This document shows positions 49,570 through 61,046 of a stretch of 64,000 nucleotides of DNA, one piece after another (the first letter of the stretch is position 1; every line of letters begins with the position of its first letter). Made by a program: the position numbers and the translations under genes. Origin of the DNA: Gammaproteobacteria bacterium (GTDB lineage: Bacteria; Pseudomonadota; Gammaproteobacteria; G965277405); contig OZ255726.1 in the NCBI GenBank assembly GCA_965277405.1, positions 640,001-704,000 of the forward strand, written 5' to 3'. The notes under the pieces were generated by a model. It saw only the letters and a list, made by a program, of their open reading frames with translations, did no database searches and was not told where the DNA came from.

Positions 49570-49772
49570 CCGCAGTCTCGCATCGTCGTAGTATGTTTTA
49601 TTTCTTAAAAAGCAACAAAACGACTAGATATCGCGAGAAGTTATTGAAAAATTTAGAATGAATGCGTGTGGGTGTCGGTGCACAAGATAAGCATCTTGAA
49701 GATGCACTGAACCCTTGAATATAACAATTCATTGGGTCAGATAAGAATTTCACTGTTTACAGTGAAATAAAC

Positions 49773-51303
<1,531 letters not shown>

Positions 51304-51427
51304 CAACAAAGAGATATTCTACGGAGTATCTCCAGCGCCGACACTCACAACGCATTCATTCTAAATAAGTTTTATTACACGACATTAGATCGTACAATTT
51401 AAGCATAAATATCAACTCGCGTTCGCT

Positions 51428-51688
51428 ATGAATTATTCAGTCCAACCAAAATATAGCTACGTTGTTTTTGAAGATACGTCGTGCGAAAAAAAATTCCTTA
51501 TTCGCTCAACAGTGCAAAGTGAAAAAATCATCCAATGGGAAGATGGGAAAGAATACCCTCATGTACTCATAGATGTTTCTTCAGCATCGCATCCATTTTA
51601 TACGGGTGAGCGGCGTACAACAGCATCAGAAGGACGTGTTGCCAAGTTTCAAAAGCGATTTACAGCAAAGATTTCAGCACAAAAATAA
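51428..51688 (+). CDS. rpmE2: 50S ribosomal protein L31 type B
   Basis: VVFEDTS, FLIRST, WEDGKEYP and DVSSASHPFYTG motifs; no CXXC. Confidence 0.92.
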   Translation: MNYSVQPKYSYVVFEDTSCEKKFLIRSTVQSEKIIQWEDGKEYPHVLIDVSSASHPFYTGERRTTASEGRVAKFQKRFTAKISAQK

Positions 51689-52017
51689 ATAACTGCTGTA
51701 TTTCGCAGCAATATTTCGCTGTGGCTAATCCACTCAAATACAATATTTTAATAGATTAGCTTTCAAACGTAGTTAGTAGCATACTATTGAGGATATGCTG
51801 TTAATGCTATGTGTTGGTTTGTCCATAGGAATAGATGAAATCTAACTGAGCTGCAAGTAGCACCGCACTGATTGAACTGGTAGAGAATAGCTGATAAATA
51901 ATGACTAGCAAGGCGCAGCTCTTCTTGTAGCTGGAATTGTGATTACAGCACATCAACGGCTATGACCGCTCAACGTCTTTAATTACTGCGTGCTGGAGGT
52001 TCTTTTTTAAAAAACAA

Positions 52018-52398
52018 CTACCAGTCCAGTGTTGTTTTTACGGCTTGCAATTCTTGCGAATACATCATTTCAAGCATTTGATAGCCGCACGTAACTATAA
52101 TTACGTTGCAATAATTATCCAATACTTGTTGCCAAATTTCAGCGTCAAGTTTTTTAGCAATCAGGTTTTTAAAGCTATTCATTTCCTGTCTTTCCATCAT
52201 TCGCAGCATTGTAGGGCTGTTCAAACCAATCGCACCCGCGTCGTTTGCCGTTTGTTGTTTGATATAAGCAATCACATTTTTTTTCATATTATCAGAGCCG
52301 TCAAAATTGACTGGGTCAACAAAACCTTTAGGTGCAGCGTATGCAACGCTTGCTAGCAACACGCTCAACATTACTATGTATTTCACCGAGCTATCCAT
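52018..52398 (-). CDS. Hypothetical exported protein (island cargo)
   Basis: 126-aa ORF with signal peptide (..ASVAYA); overlaps the stop of the upstream gene. Confidence 0.65.
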   Translation of the reverse strand: MDSSVKYIVMLSVLLASVAYAAPKGFVDPVNFDGSDNMKKNVIAYIKQQTANDAGAIGLNSPTMLRMMERQEMNSFKNLIAKKLDAEIWQQVLDNYCNVIIVTCGYQMLEMMYSQELQAVKTTLDW

Positions 52399-52699
52399 CT
52401 GTTTTTAGATTTCTTTTTTTAAAGAAAAAGTGTAACAGCAGCAATATTATGAATGCTAGAGCGTTGATTGTGGCAAAACCCACGCCTTCCATAAGCCCAG
52501 CTGTTACCAATAATGACGGCGATAAAAAAACAACGTTTATCATATTTATTGCCAATGCCGCAATACCAAACGCTAATCCTTTGCCTGTGGCAAAAATTGC
52601 AGATAAAGACGCAACTAACGTTAAATATGCGCCGAGTACTGGCACGAAGATAGAAACAATAGCCACCACTAACGCAACAATTCCTAAAGCTAAACCCAT
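52391..52699 (-). CDS. Hypothetical small membrane protein (island cargo)
   Basis: GGAG RBS before ATG at 52699; 3-4 hydrophobic segments and a basic tail. Confidence 0.6.
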   Translation of the reverse strand: MGLALGIVALVVAIVSIFVPVLGAYLTLVASLSAIFATGKGLAFGIAALAINMINVVFLSPSLLVTAGLMEGVGFATINALAFIILLLLHFFFKKRNLKTDG

Positions 52700-52929
52700 G
52701 CTGTTCTCCCGTTTGTTATATAACTTAATTAAAAATTTTAATTTATCACATAAAATCACAATGCAGCAATAAAGAGGCGGTGTATTGCACTGTTGACAAT
52801 ACTAGGTCAAACAGTAAATATCTCCCACTGCCGCAAGATCGGTGGTCGGGATTAGAGACCTGTATCTAGCGAGTGCACAGGCAATAAATATTTAGCAAGT
52901 GGATTTTTTACATGCTTTTGATGCGCTAG

Positions 52930-53510
52930 GCTCTTACTGAGCATGTTGGTTTGATACTACGTCGTGGACTATCGTTGCAAAAGTATTTTTACTTGCATGA
53001 ACACCTGCGAGCTTATCATTTTGATTATTAACGTTTTGGTCAATATTTTGTTGCAATAGCTGACGTGCGCTATATGCCGAATCTCTTGCATCTTTTAAAG
53101 GAAACGGCAGGATAGACCACGCTTGCAAGCACTGTTGCCTGTTTAAAAGGTCGATATTTTAAGTGCCAATATTTAGAGACGTTAGGGAAGCTCTGATTAT
53201 TCCATGATGGGCGAGGCGGAGAAAAAACGCTGATGAAACTTAAGCGCAGTGCGCAGATAATACTGGTGGTCTTGTGGGTGCTGCCAAGTGCTGCAACGAC
53301 GTTAGTTCCGCTTTTTTCCCCGTCGTTGTGTTGAATATACTTTGGGTTTGTCGCAATTGCTGACGCTTGTGTGTTGCATCCCTTGGCGTATCTGCTATGG
53401 CATGCGCCTTGCAATCATCAGCAATTGCAGGCAAACTCGCTCCATCAGCGAGTTAATCAGAGGTTCCTTAGGTTTGGCTTTGTTGACAAACAGCGCGGTT
53501 AATGTATTCA
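52930..53510 (-). pseudogene. P4-type tyrosine integrase N-terminal (arm-binding) relic, interrupted by a MITE
   Basis: Removing the MITE joins TLTALFVNKAKP to NVSKYWHLKYR..VYPAVS, then (frameshift) KDARDSAYSARQLLQQNIDQ..NTFATI; lies just downstream of tRNA-Met. Confidence 0.7.
53186..53467 (-). mobile_element. MITE copy 7 (282 bp)
   Basis: Both IRs present; TTAG duplication (53182-53185, 53468-53471). Confidence 0.9.
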
Positions 53511-53681
53511 CCACAAACTTGCAATTACGGGGGGGTATAAATATTTTGCGCACCAAATATACCCCAAAATAATCATTTATCATAGGACATATCATAAAAG
53601 GAGAATATACAAATAAGCTCGTTATCCCTGATAAAACCTAGGTTTTAAACGCTCACAATACTACAGCATACAAATAACTAG

Positions 53682-53755
53682 TGGCTATGGGTGGACTTGA
53701 ACCACCGACCCCAGCATTATGAATGCTGTGCTCTAACCAGCTGAGCTACATAGCC
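53682..53755 (-). tRNA. tRNA-Met(CAT), elongator type
   Basis: GGCTATG/CATAGCC acceptor stem, anticodon loop TTCATAA; discriminator A followed by CTA, not CCA. Confidence 0.92.
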
Positions 53756-53759
53756 AAAA

Positions 53760-53835
53760 TGGCTCCTCGGGCAGGGCTCGAACCTGCGACAAATTGATTA
53801 ACAGTCAACTGCTCTACCAACTGAGCTACCGAGGA
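53760..53835 (-). tRNA. tRNA-Asn(GTT)
   Basis: TCCTCGG acceptor stem, anticodon loop CTGTTAA, encoded CCA. Confidence 0.96.
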
Positions 53836-53954
53836 ATAACAGCGGCAAGAATAGTATGCATTCCGCTGCATTCCGTCAATCTCTCTACGGTGTCAAATAG
53901 CGTTTATTGTTTATTTCTATGACTTTCTTAGGTTTGTACTAAACTGCAACAAGG

Positions 53955-54680
53955 TTATTTGTTGGTGGTTTTTTGATATAATGCGCGTAGTGGGGCAAGG
54001 TCTTGCCACGTTTGCTTGCGTGTTGTTTCATCGTGTAGCAGTGTTGTCGCATCAAGACTGACAATCGTCGGTATACCCATAAATTCGTGCAATGCTTCTT
54101 GTTGTAACGCGTTAAAGGGCTTGTCTATAAATATATATTTGCTCACAAGTTCCCCGAGGCATATTAAAAAATCAAAGGAATTTCTGCTGCGTGAGCCATT
54201 GAGTGATGCGCGCAACGAGGCACAGGCAACATCAAAGCCTTGATCAAATTTTTGGATTGGTAATTGTGGCCAATTAAAGCGATGTTGTAGCTGTTGTTGA
54301 CCTGCGGCAACGACTTTGCAGTTGACGAGCATCCGCGCAATCAGGGCAACATGTTGCGAGGTATCGTTGAGCAATTGGTCGACAGAAAACACCACCATCA
54401 CGGCTCCAAGTTGCACCAGCATTAAGGAAAATGGTGCCACGGGCTTAGCGGTTGCAGGCGGTGCTGTTATGGGTGTTGTGGCAACTTTTTTGACTGGTTG
54501 CTGTGGATTTGCTTGTCGCATTAAATGACTTGGCAGCGGCACACTTGGCGCAACAACTTGCTGCATATTTGCTGCCGCTACAGCAGGTTGCGGTGTTATT
54601 TCATTTGCTTGTTGACGCAGTTGCCAGATAGTAATACCGAGCGTCCGTAACATGTCATATTTTCTTGCGGTTATACCCAT
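53955..54680 (-). CDS. Conserved hypothetical protein (HolD/uracil-DNA-glycosylase-like termini with Pro/Ala/Gln linker)
   Basis: N-terminal LRTLGITIWQLR and C-terminal TLLHDETTRKQTWQDL patterns. Confidence 0.55.
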   Translation of the reverse strand: MGITARKYDMLRTLGITIWQLRQQANEITPQPAVAAANMQQVVAPSVPLPSHLMRQANPQQPVKKVATTPITAPPATAKPVAPFSLMLVQLGAVMVVFSVDQLLNDTSQHVALIARMLVNCKVVAAGQQQLQHRFNWPQLPIQKFDQGFDVACASLRASLNGSRSRNSFDFLICLGELVSKYIFIDKPFNALQQEALHEFMGIPTIVSLDATTLLHDETTRKQTWQDLAPLRALYQKTTNK

Positions 54681-54699
54681 AAATGACCCATAAATGATA

Positions 54700-56232
54700 T
54701 TAGACGGTTGGTGGGCAGAGGATTTTCGGCACCGCTAAAGCGTTTAACGCGCTAATATATGCTTTACCAGCAGCTATGACGATATCTGTATCCGCAGCAA
54801 CGCCATTAACAATTCTACCAGCGTTTTCTAAGCGCACACTTGCCTCGCCTTGGGACTCACTTTCGTCGGTTGTGGCGTTGATTGAAAACAATTTAAGTTC
54901 TGCACCAGAATTCATTATTTTTTCTATAGCCTTAAATAATGCATCAACTGGTCCATTCCCTGTTGCTTGCTGTTGGTACAGTTCGTCTTCCCAAAATATT
55001 GCAACATTGGCGGTGGCGACCCCATTAAGTTTTGATGTTATTGCAACATCCTTCAAGGTAATCTGGTCTTGGTATGGCTCGTTATCAGATAACAATGCAA
55101 ATAAGTCTTCATCATAAATGTCATGCTTTTTATCAGCTAATGCTTTAAACCGTACAAATAATTCTCCCATTTGTTCGGCATTGACTTGGACACCCAGCCG
55201 CTGCAACCGATCTAATAATGCACGGCGACCAGAATGCTTACCAAGTACCAATTTATTGGCATTCCAACCAACATCTTTGGCTTCCATAATTTCATACGTC
55301 TCGCGGTGTTTTAATACACCATCTTGATGAATACCAGCCTCATGTGCGAAAGCATTTGCACCAACAATGGCTTTGTTGGGCTGCACTGCATAGCCCGTTA
55401 TTTGCGATATCAATTTTGAGGTGCTGACAATTTGTGTTGTATCAATATTTGTCGTTAAGCCAAAATGGTCTTTGCGGGTGCGCAACGCCATAACTACCTC
55501 TTCTAACGCGGCATTCCCCGCTCGTTCGCCAATACCGTTTATGGTTGCTTCTATCTGTCTGGCTCCAGCATCTATAGCTGCCAATGTGTTGGCAACGGCC
55601 AATCCCAGATCATTGTGGCAATGGGTAGAAAACACCACTTTGTCGGCGTTTGGTATCGCTGCAATCAACTTTCTGACGGTTTCGCCAAATTGGTGTGGTA
55701 ATGCATATCCGACAGTGTCGGGAATATTAACGGTTCCTGCCCCTGCTTGTATTGCTGCGGTGAGCAAACGCACGAGAAAGTCAAAGTCGCTGCGACCAGC
55801 GTCTTCTGCTGAAAACTCAACATCATCGCACATATTACGCGCACGTTTCACTGCAAACACGGCCTGATCTACAACTTGATCTGCTGTCATTTTCAGCTTG
55901 TACTGCATGTGGATAGGGGAGGATGCAATAAAAACATGGATTCTTGCTGCCTCTGCTTGGCGTAATGCCTCGCCAGCACGGTCTATATCTGTGCCTATCG
56001 CTCGGGCAAGCGAGCAGATACGTGCGTTTTTTACTTGTTGGGCTACGCTGCGCACCGCTTCAAAGTCGCCGACACTGGCGTTTGCAAAACCCGCCTCAAT
56101 AACATCTACACCAAGTGCTGATAATTTATGGGCAATACGGATTTTTTGTTCCTTGGTCATGGATGCGCCAGGACTTTGTTCGCCGTCGCGCAATGTGGTA
56201 TCAAATATTGTTACATTATTATTCGTTTGCAT
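54700..56232 (-). CDS. leuA: 2-isopropylmalate synthase
   Basis: FDTTLRDGEQ, HCHNDLG, GIGERAGN and HEAGIHQDG motifs plus regulatory domain. Confidence 0.97.
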   Translation of the reverse strand: MQTNNNVTIFDTTLRDGEQSPGASMTKEQKIRIAHKLSALGVDVIEAGFANASVGDFEAVRSVAQQVKNARICSLARAIGTDIDRAGEALRQAEAARIHVFIASSPIHMQYKLKMTADQVVDQAVFAVKRARNMCDDVEFSAEDAGRSDFDFLVRLLTAAIQAGAGTVNIPDTVGYALPHQFGETVRKLIAAIPNADKVVFSTHCHNDLGLAVANTLAAIDAGARQIEATINGIGERAGNAALEEVVMALRTRKDHFGLTTNIDTTQIVSTSKLISQITGYAVQPNKAIVGANAFAHEAGIHQDGVLKHRETYEIMEAKDVGWNANKLVLGKHSGRRALLDRLQRLGVQVNAEQMGELFVRFKALADKKHDIYDEDLFALLSDNEPYQDQITLKDVAITSKLNGVATANVAIFWEDELYQQQATGNGPVDALFKAIEKIMNSGAELKLFSINATTDESESQGEASVRLENAGRIVNGVAADTDIVIAAGKAYISALNALAVPKILCPPTV

Positions 56233-56302
56233 ATGACTTCCTGCTAGAAAGTGTGTGAAAAAATTATACGATAGGGTTTACTGGGAGGGGGGTATATCTG
56301 CC

Positions 56303-56371
56303 TTACGGCAGCAGCAGGAATCCTCTGAGCAATACAGCACTGCGTAAATGCAATTGTTGAATGGATGTCAT
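56303..56371 (-). promoter_or_regulatory. Putative leuA leader peptide MTSIQQLHLRSAVLLRGFLLLP (attenuator)
   Basis: 7 Leu in 22 aa ending in three CTG codons; that segment is complementary to the leuA Shine-Dalgarno region. Confidence 0.65.
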
Positions 56372-56503
56372 ATTGATGGGGAATGACCTTGAATAATCGA
56401 ATAACTCGTAAAGGTTACACAGCAACAAGTCAAATGCAATATCATAATTGTTTACCTTGCGTACAATTAGTGTCAATATGACTTTTTGACAATTTATATG
56501 ATT

Positions 56504-56968
56504 ATGAAAAGCGCACCCGCAGTCATAGATCAACTACAAGCACAGCTTTGCAATGAGTTGACCGCCATAAATCAATATTTCCTGCATAGTAAAATGCTGT
56601 CAAACTGGGGGTTTACCCAGCTGGCAAAAAAAGAATACGAAGAGTCTATAGGTGAAATGAAACACGCCGATATGTTGGTAGATCGTATTTTAATGCTCGA
56701 CGGCGCTCCCAACATGGAAAGTATAGGCAATCTTGGCATTGGTATGACTGTTGAAGAAATGTTGCAAAGTGATTTACGCTTAGAAACTGCGGCACAACAA
56801 ACCGTGAAGAATGGCATAGCAGCCGCAGAACAACACAATGACTTTGTTTCACGCGGTATACTGGAAACTATTCTCTCCGATACTGAAGAACATATTGATT
56901 ATTTAGAAACTCAACATGAAGTCATTAGCAAAGTTGGATTGCAAAACTACTTGCAATCAATTTTATAG
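56504..56968 (+). CDS. bfr: Bacterioferritin
   Basis: NELTAINQYFLH, EEMKH-like ESIGEMKHAD, EEHIDYLE and GLQNYLQ motifs. Confidence 0.95.
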   Translation: MKSAPAVIDQLQAQLCNELTAINQYFLHSKMLSNWGFTQLAKKEYEESIGEMKHADMLVDRILMLDGAPNMESIGNLGIGMTVEEMLQSDLRLETAAQQTVKNGIAAAEQHNDFVSRGILETILSDTEEHIDYLETQHEVISKVGLQNYLQSIL

Positions 56969-57051
56969 CTAAAAACGTCCGTTGGCGCGAGCAGTTCAAG
57001 CCATTTTAGGGTAATCCCAAGCTACTAAGCAACAGCATCTAAACGCTCTAC

Positions 57052-57080
57052 ACCGCCAATACTGTGACAGTATTGGCGGT
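57052..57080. terminator. Strong hairpin downstream of bfr
   Basis: ACCGCCAATACTG-TGA-CAGTATTGGCGGT, perfect 13-bp stem; no clear T tract. Confidence 0.5.
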
Positions 57081-57482
57081 ATGCATGGTAGATACGTGCT
57101 AAACGTAACATATGCTGTTGATTATCACTTTGCAAATGAGCTTTGTTAAATTCCTCAACGGTGGACTGTATTCAGATTGATTACCGTGTCTGTATGGGAT
57201 GCAGCAAACGCACGGTTGGTTGTATTGATGATTGATATTTGCATTCAAGTTCTTTTTGCTTGGCATAATTCGTGCCGACACGTTGATACAATGGTTGCTG
57301 CTGCAGTTACGCAAAATTCTTGGAGCCATATTGGAGCCATAATAGTAGTGCAACTGAAACAACATTTGTTTAAATTATTTTGGCTGGTGCTGGTATGTTG
57401 TGTCTTGTTCGTTGGTATCACCATGCTATTTTAGGATTGATACAACTAGCCTACAATTATTGCAGCCTGTGCATAGCTGGTA

Positions 57483-59468
57483 TCATCTCACTGCATACAC
57501 TGTGAGTATGTTAGCGGGGATATGTATGGCTGCTGTGGTACTTGTCAGCGAGATTTTCCAATAGCCAAAAGCAATTTCTCCAAAAAAACCTTGATGCACA
57601 ATACGCTGTTGCTTGTTAGCATCGACAACAAGTTGATAACTTGTGCCGCTGGGTGAAGTGATTTTTACCTCCACTGCTCCGACGATTTCTGCAGCCAACT
57701 CTACAGAGATTGATGCAACTGTTGCCCCTACTGCATCAATCAACACATTAGCGGCGTTGGCTTGTTTTGATGTGATTTTTTTTGATGATTTGACTACCAC
57801 AGGCTGCTTCGAAGCAGCCACATAGCTCTGCGCATATTGTATGGCAGCATTGACGTTGATTGTGCCAAAACCATCGATTTGGCTATATGTATATCCCGCG
57901 GCATTAGTGTTATTCTGCCCGTTGACGGGGTCAGCCGTTACCGCCAATATTTTTTTCAGATCATACAATGTCAATGTTGTTTGCTGGACAACCATAGTCA
58001 ATGCTGCTGCTGCGACAGCTCCGATAACATCAGCGCTGCAACTATGCTGTTGACAATTCAATGTTTTTGCTGCTGGTAACGACACCCACACCTGCGGTGC
58101 CTGCGCAACACCACCGACCATTCGAAAATATATTGGTTGCACAGCAACTGGCTGAAATGCGCACAAATCACAATCTGTATTGACCACTGCAGCCACAATA
58201 CTCATAGAGTTTGTAAGCCATGCATCATCTACGGCGCTGGCGACACCTGCTACAGTGGTGTTGAGTTGCACTACTGTATTTGCCTGCGCAGCTAGTTTTT
58301 GCAACTTGTTATCTTGCAGAATCAATTTGGAGCTTTGATACTCTACTGTGGCTGCTGGTATCAGTCCTTGTTGCGTAGTATTCCAGTTTTGCAGTATCCG
58401 CTGATACCAATAGCGTGGCACGGTTGTCATATCGACGTTATTCGAGACAAATACAATTGACACACCTTTACCAATATCTTTACCAAGAATGACGCCTTGC
58501 TGCGCGCGCAATGCTTGCATAAGTGTCGGTACTAATTTGCCTGTATTGATACCATCATAAATCACCTGAATTTTTGCACTGCTGTTTGATGAAATTTTGC
58601 CGCTTGCATCTTTTACTGATAAATACAAAAGTAGCTGCTCAGTGCCATCGGCAATTACGCCATATAATGGCAATTGAACCACTTCTATTTGTGTGTTTTT
58701 TTGTTGGGGAAAATCAATCCAGTTAACATTTTCTTGTAGGGAAACATGGTGGGTTGTTACGCTCCATTGCAAAACAGGCACGGCACTGCTCGCAACAATT
58801 CGGACGTCGACAAAGGCTTGATCGTTATCGACGACATCCTTGATAAATGAAATGGATGACTGCAACTTTTCGCGATTATTTACAACGATAACTTGGATAT
58901 ATGTATTGGCAACAAAGCCATCCAGTTCAGCTTGAACATTGATATAACCTGAGCCCTGTGCATGCAAAACCCCTTGCGGTGTAATTTGCGCTAAGTCAGA
59001 ATTCAGCACAGACCAATTTACAGTATTACTAACATCGCTGCGTTTGCCATTACTTAAATATCCATTCGCTATCAATTGATAACTGCTGTCTGTTTGCATG
59101 GTAATTGTATGCTGTACAGGAATTGCTATGCGCGTTAATGCCGCAGGAAAAACTTGAATAAACTGCAGTTGAGTGATGTCGCCATAGCTGACGTTGACAT
59201 TGGCACTGCCTACCGCTAATGCTTCTATTAAACCATCAGCTTGAATACTAATAATGCTGGTATTGTCACTTGACCATGTTACTTGCGCTGAAATATTGTC
59301 GCGCAGCGCTCCGTCACCAAAAAACGCATACAGTTGGAGTAACTGACCGACATGCATCGACTTTTGTGCAGGGACGATGTCAATGGCTAAGGCAGAAAAC
59401 GCCTGCGACGACGTTGTGCCAATTCCTAGGCAAATACCAAATACAATAAATTGGACAATACGATTCAT
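57483..59468 (-). CDS. Exported protein with two Big_2-type Ig-like repeats, a degenerate S8 (kexin-like) domain and a P-domain
   Basis: Signal peptide; VTWSSDNTSI/VNWSVLNSDL Ig repeats; LTLYDLKKILAVTA..NAAGYTYSQIDGFGTINVNAAI; ITSPSGT..FFGE..GYWKISL. Confidence 0.65.
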   Translation of the reverse strand: MNRIVQFIVFGICLGIGTTSSQAFSALAIDIVPAQKSMHVGQLLQLYAFFGDGALRDNISAQVTWSSDNTSIISIQADGLIEALAVGSANVNVSYGDITQLQFIQVFPAALTRIAIPVQHTITMQTDSSYQLIANGYLSNGKRSDVSNTVNWSVLNSDLAQITPQGVLHAQGSGYINVQAELDGFVANTYIQVIVVNNREKLQSSISFIKDVVDNDQAFVDVRIVASSAVPVLQWSVTTHHVSLQENVNWIDFPQQKNTQIEVVQLPLYGVIADGTEQLLLYLSVKDASGKISSNSSAKIQVIYDGINTGKLVPTLMQALRAQQGVILGKDIGKGVSIVFVSNNVDMTTVPRYWYQRILQNWNTTQQGLIPAATVEYQSSKLILQDNKLQKLAAQANTVVQLNTTVAGVASAVDDAWLTNSMSIVAAVVNTDCDLCAFQPVAVQPIYFRMVGGVAQAPQVWVSLPAAKTLNCQQHSCSADVIGAVAAAALTMVVQQTTLTLYDLKKILAVTADPVNGQNNTNAAGYTYSQIDGFGTINVNAAIQYAQSYVAASKQPVVVKSSKKITSKQANAANVLIDAVGATVASISVELAAEIVGAVEVKITSPSGTSYQLVVDANKQQRIVHQGFFGEIAFGYWKISLTSTTAAIHIPANILTVYAVR

Positions 59469-59753
59469 GACAACAACGTTGAGATAAAGGCTGTTGTTAT
59501 ATTTGTTAATGATTATATATGAGAGAAATTTAAAAAAGATAATAGCACGGTTGTCAACCAAAGTTCATGTAGTTTTCTGCCTCTTATATATTGCTGATGA
59601 AGCCCTTCGACAAAGCCTCTATAGTTATTAAGCAATACAAAACAAGTTGCATAGCAAAGTATATAATGCAATACCAATATTATCTGTCACAGACAGGTAT
59701 CCATAATTTTACCGTGTAGTATAACAGGTATTCCTTTACTCCTACCAAACACC

Positions 59754-61022
59754 TTGCTTAGCCCATCTCGTAGTGCCATTCTCCATATTCGCAGCTCCAT
59801 TCAAAAAATTATTTCTTTCGATGCTTCAAGTGGGATATTCCTGTTAATCGCAGCTGCAGTTGCCCTTGGAATAGCCAACTCCCCATTGAGTGAATGGTAT
59901 CAACATTGGTTACACACACCAATGGCGCTGAGTGTTGGTGGTTTTTCATTATCAATGAGCCTCGCCCATTTTATCAACGATGCGTTAATGGCAATATTTT
60001 TCTTGCTCATTGGCATAGAAATTAAACGAGAAGTACTGATTGGGCAATTGTCTAAAACATCCCAAATAACCTTTCCCGCTGTTGCTGCAGTTGGCGGTAT
60101 GGCCGCCCCTGCTTTGATTTTTCTTATCTTTAACATCAACACTGCAGCAGCACGCGGCTGGGCCATACCATCGGCAACAGATATTGCTTTTGCTGTTGGA
60201 GTTTTAGCATTGCTAGGTGATCGTGTTCCCCGCGGGGCGACATTATTTTTGCTGGCTGTTGCAATCATTGATGACTTTGGTGCCATCATAATTATTGCTT
60301 TTTTTTATACCAGTGAACTGAATATAGATGCAATGATTGCTGCTGGATGCTGTGCATTTTTGTTGCTACTGCTTAATATTTTACTTATCCGCCATGCAAT
60401 TGCATATTTAATCATTGGCGCGATAATGTGGTATTTCGTGTTGCTCTCAGGCATTCACGCGACACTTGCTGGGGTATTGTTGGCATTGGCAATTCCACTG
60501 CGTTACCCCGAAACCAATGAAAAAATGCCAAAAGTACTGTTGAATGAAATTGAGGGCTATCAGCGTAGTCAGACCCATCCTATGGCTATTCGCTTTGAAC
60601 ATGCGTTCACGTTCACGGTAAGTTTTGTTATTTTGCCACTGTTTGCGTTCGTCAATATGGGTATCCCGCTGGCCGGCATTGGACTGTCTACGCTATTTGA
60701 ACCAGTTGCGCTTGGTGTTTTTCTTGGTTTGCTGATTGGTAAGCCAGTTGGTATTATATTATTTTGTAAACTCATCTGTAAACTTGGTGTTTGTACCTTG
60801 CCTGCAGGCGTTAATAACAGAGTATTGTGGGGGTTAGCGGTATTGTGTGGGATAGGCTTTACTATGAGTTTATTTATTGGAGGATTATCGTTTGCTGAAG
60901 GGAGTGATGTATTGAATCAAGCAAAAATTGGTATACTGTCAGGTTCTATTTGCTCGGCTATTATTGGTCTAACTTTGCTCCATTTTGCCCTCAACAAAAC
61001 AGCTGATTCTGCAACAAATTAA
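59754..61022 (+). CDS. nhaA: Na+/H+ antiporter NhaA
   Basis: INDALMAIFF, EIKRE, ATDIAF, AIIDD, SGIHAT, GKPVG and GIGFTMS motifs. Confidence 0.96.
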   Translation: MLSPSRSAILHIRSSIQKIISFDASSGIFLLIAAAVALGIANSPLSEWYQHWLHTPMALSVGGFSLSMSLAHFINDALMAIFFLLIGIEIKREVLIGQLSKTSQITFPAVAAVGGMAAPALIFLIFNINTAAARGWAIPSATDIAFAVGVLALLGDRVPRGATLFLLAVAIIDDFGAIIIIAFFYTSELNIDAMIAAGCCAFLLLLLNILLIRHAIAYLIIGAIMWYFVLLSGIHATLAGVLLALAIPLRYPETNEKMPKVLLNEIEGYQRSQTHPMAIRFEHAFTFTVSFVILPLFAFVNMGIPLAGIGLSTLFEPVALGVFLGLLIGKPVGIILFCKLICKLGVCTLPAGVNNRVLWGLAVLCGIGFTMSLFIGGLSFAEGSDVLNQAKIGILSGSICSAIIGLTLLHFALNKTADSATN

Positions 61023-61046
61023 CCCTGTATACATACGCAATAATTC

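Noticed and set aside
51721-51727. GTGGCTA as a possible att repeat of the tRNA-Met 3' end
   Set aside because: Only a 7-bp match, which is expected by chance.
57099-57434. Small ORFs between bfr and the Ig-domain gene
   Set aside because: Overlapping opposite-strand ORFs with weak starts and no recognisable family; neither can be supported.
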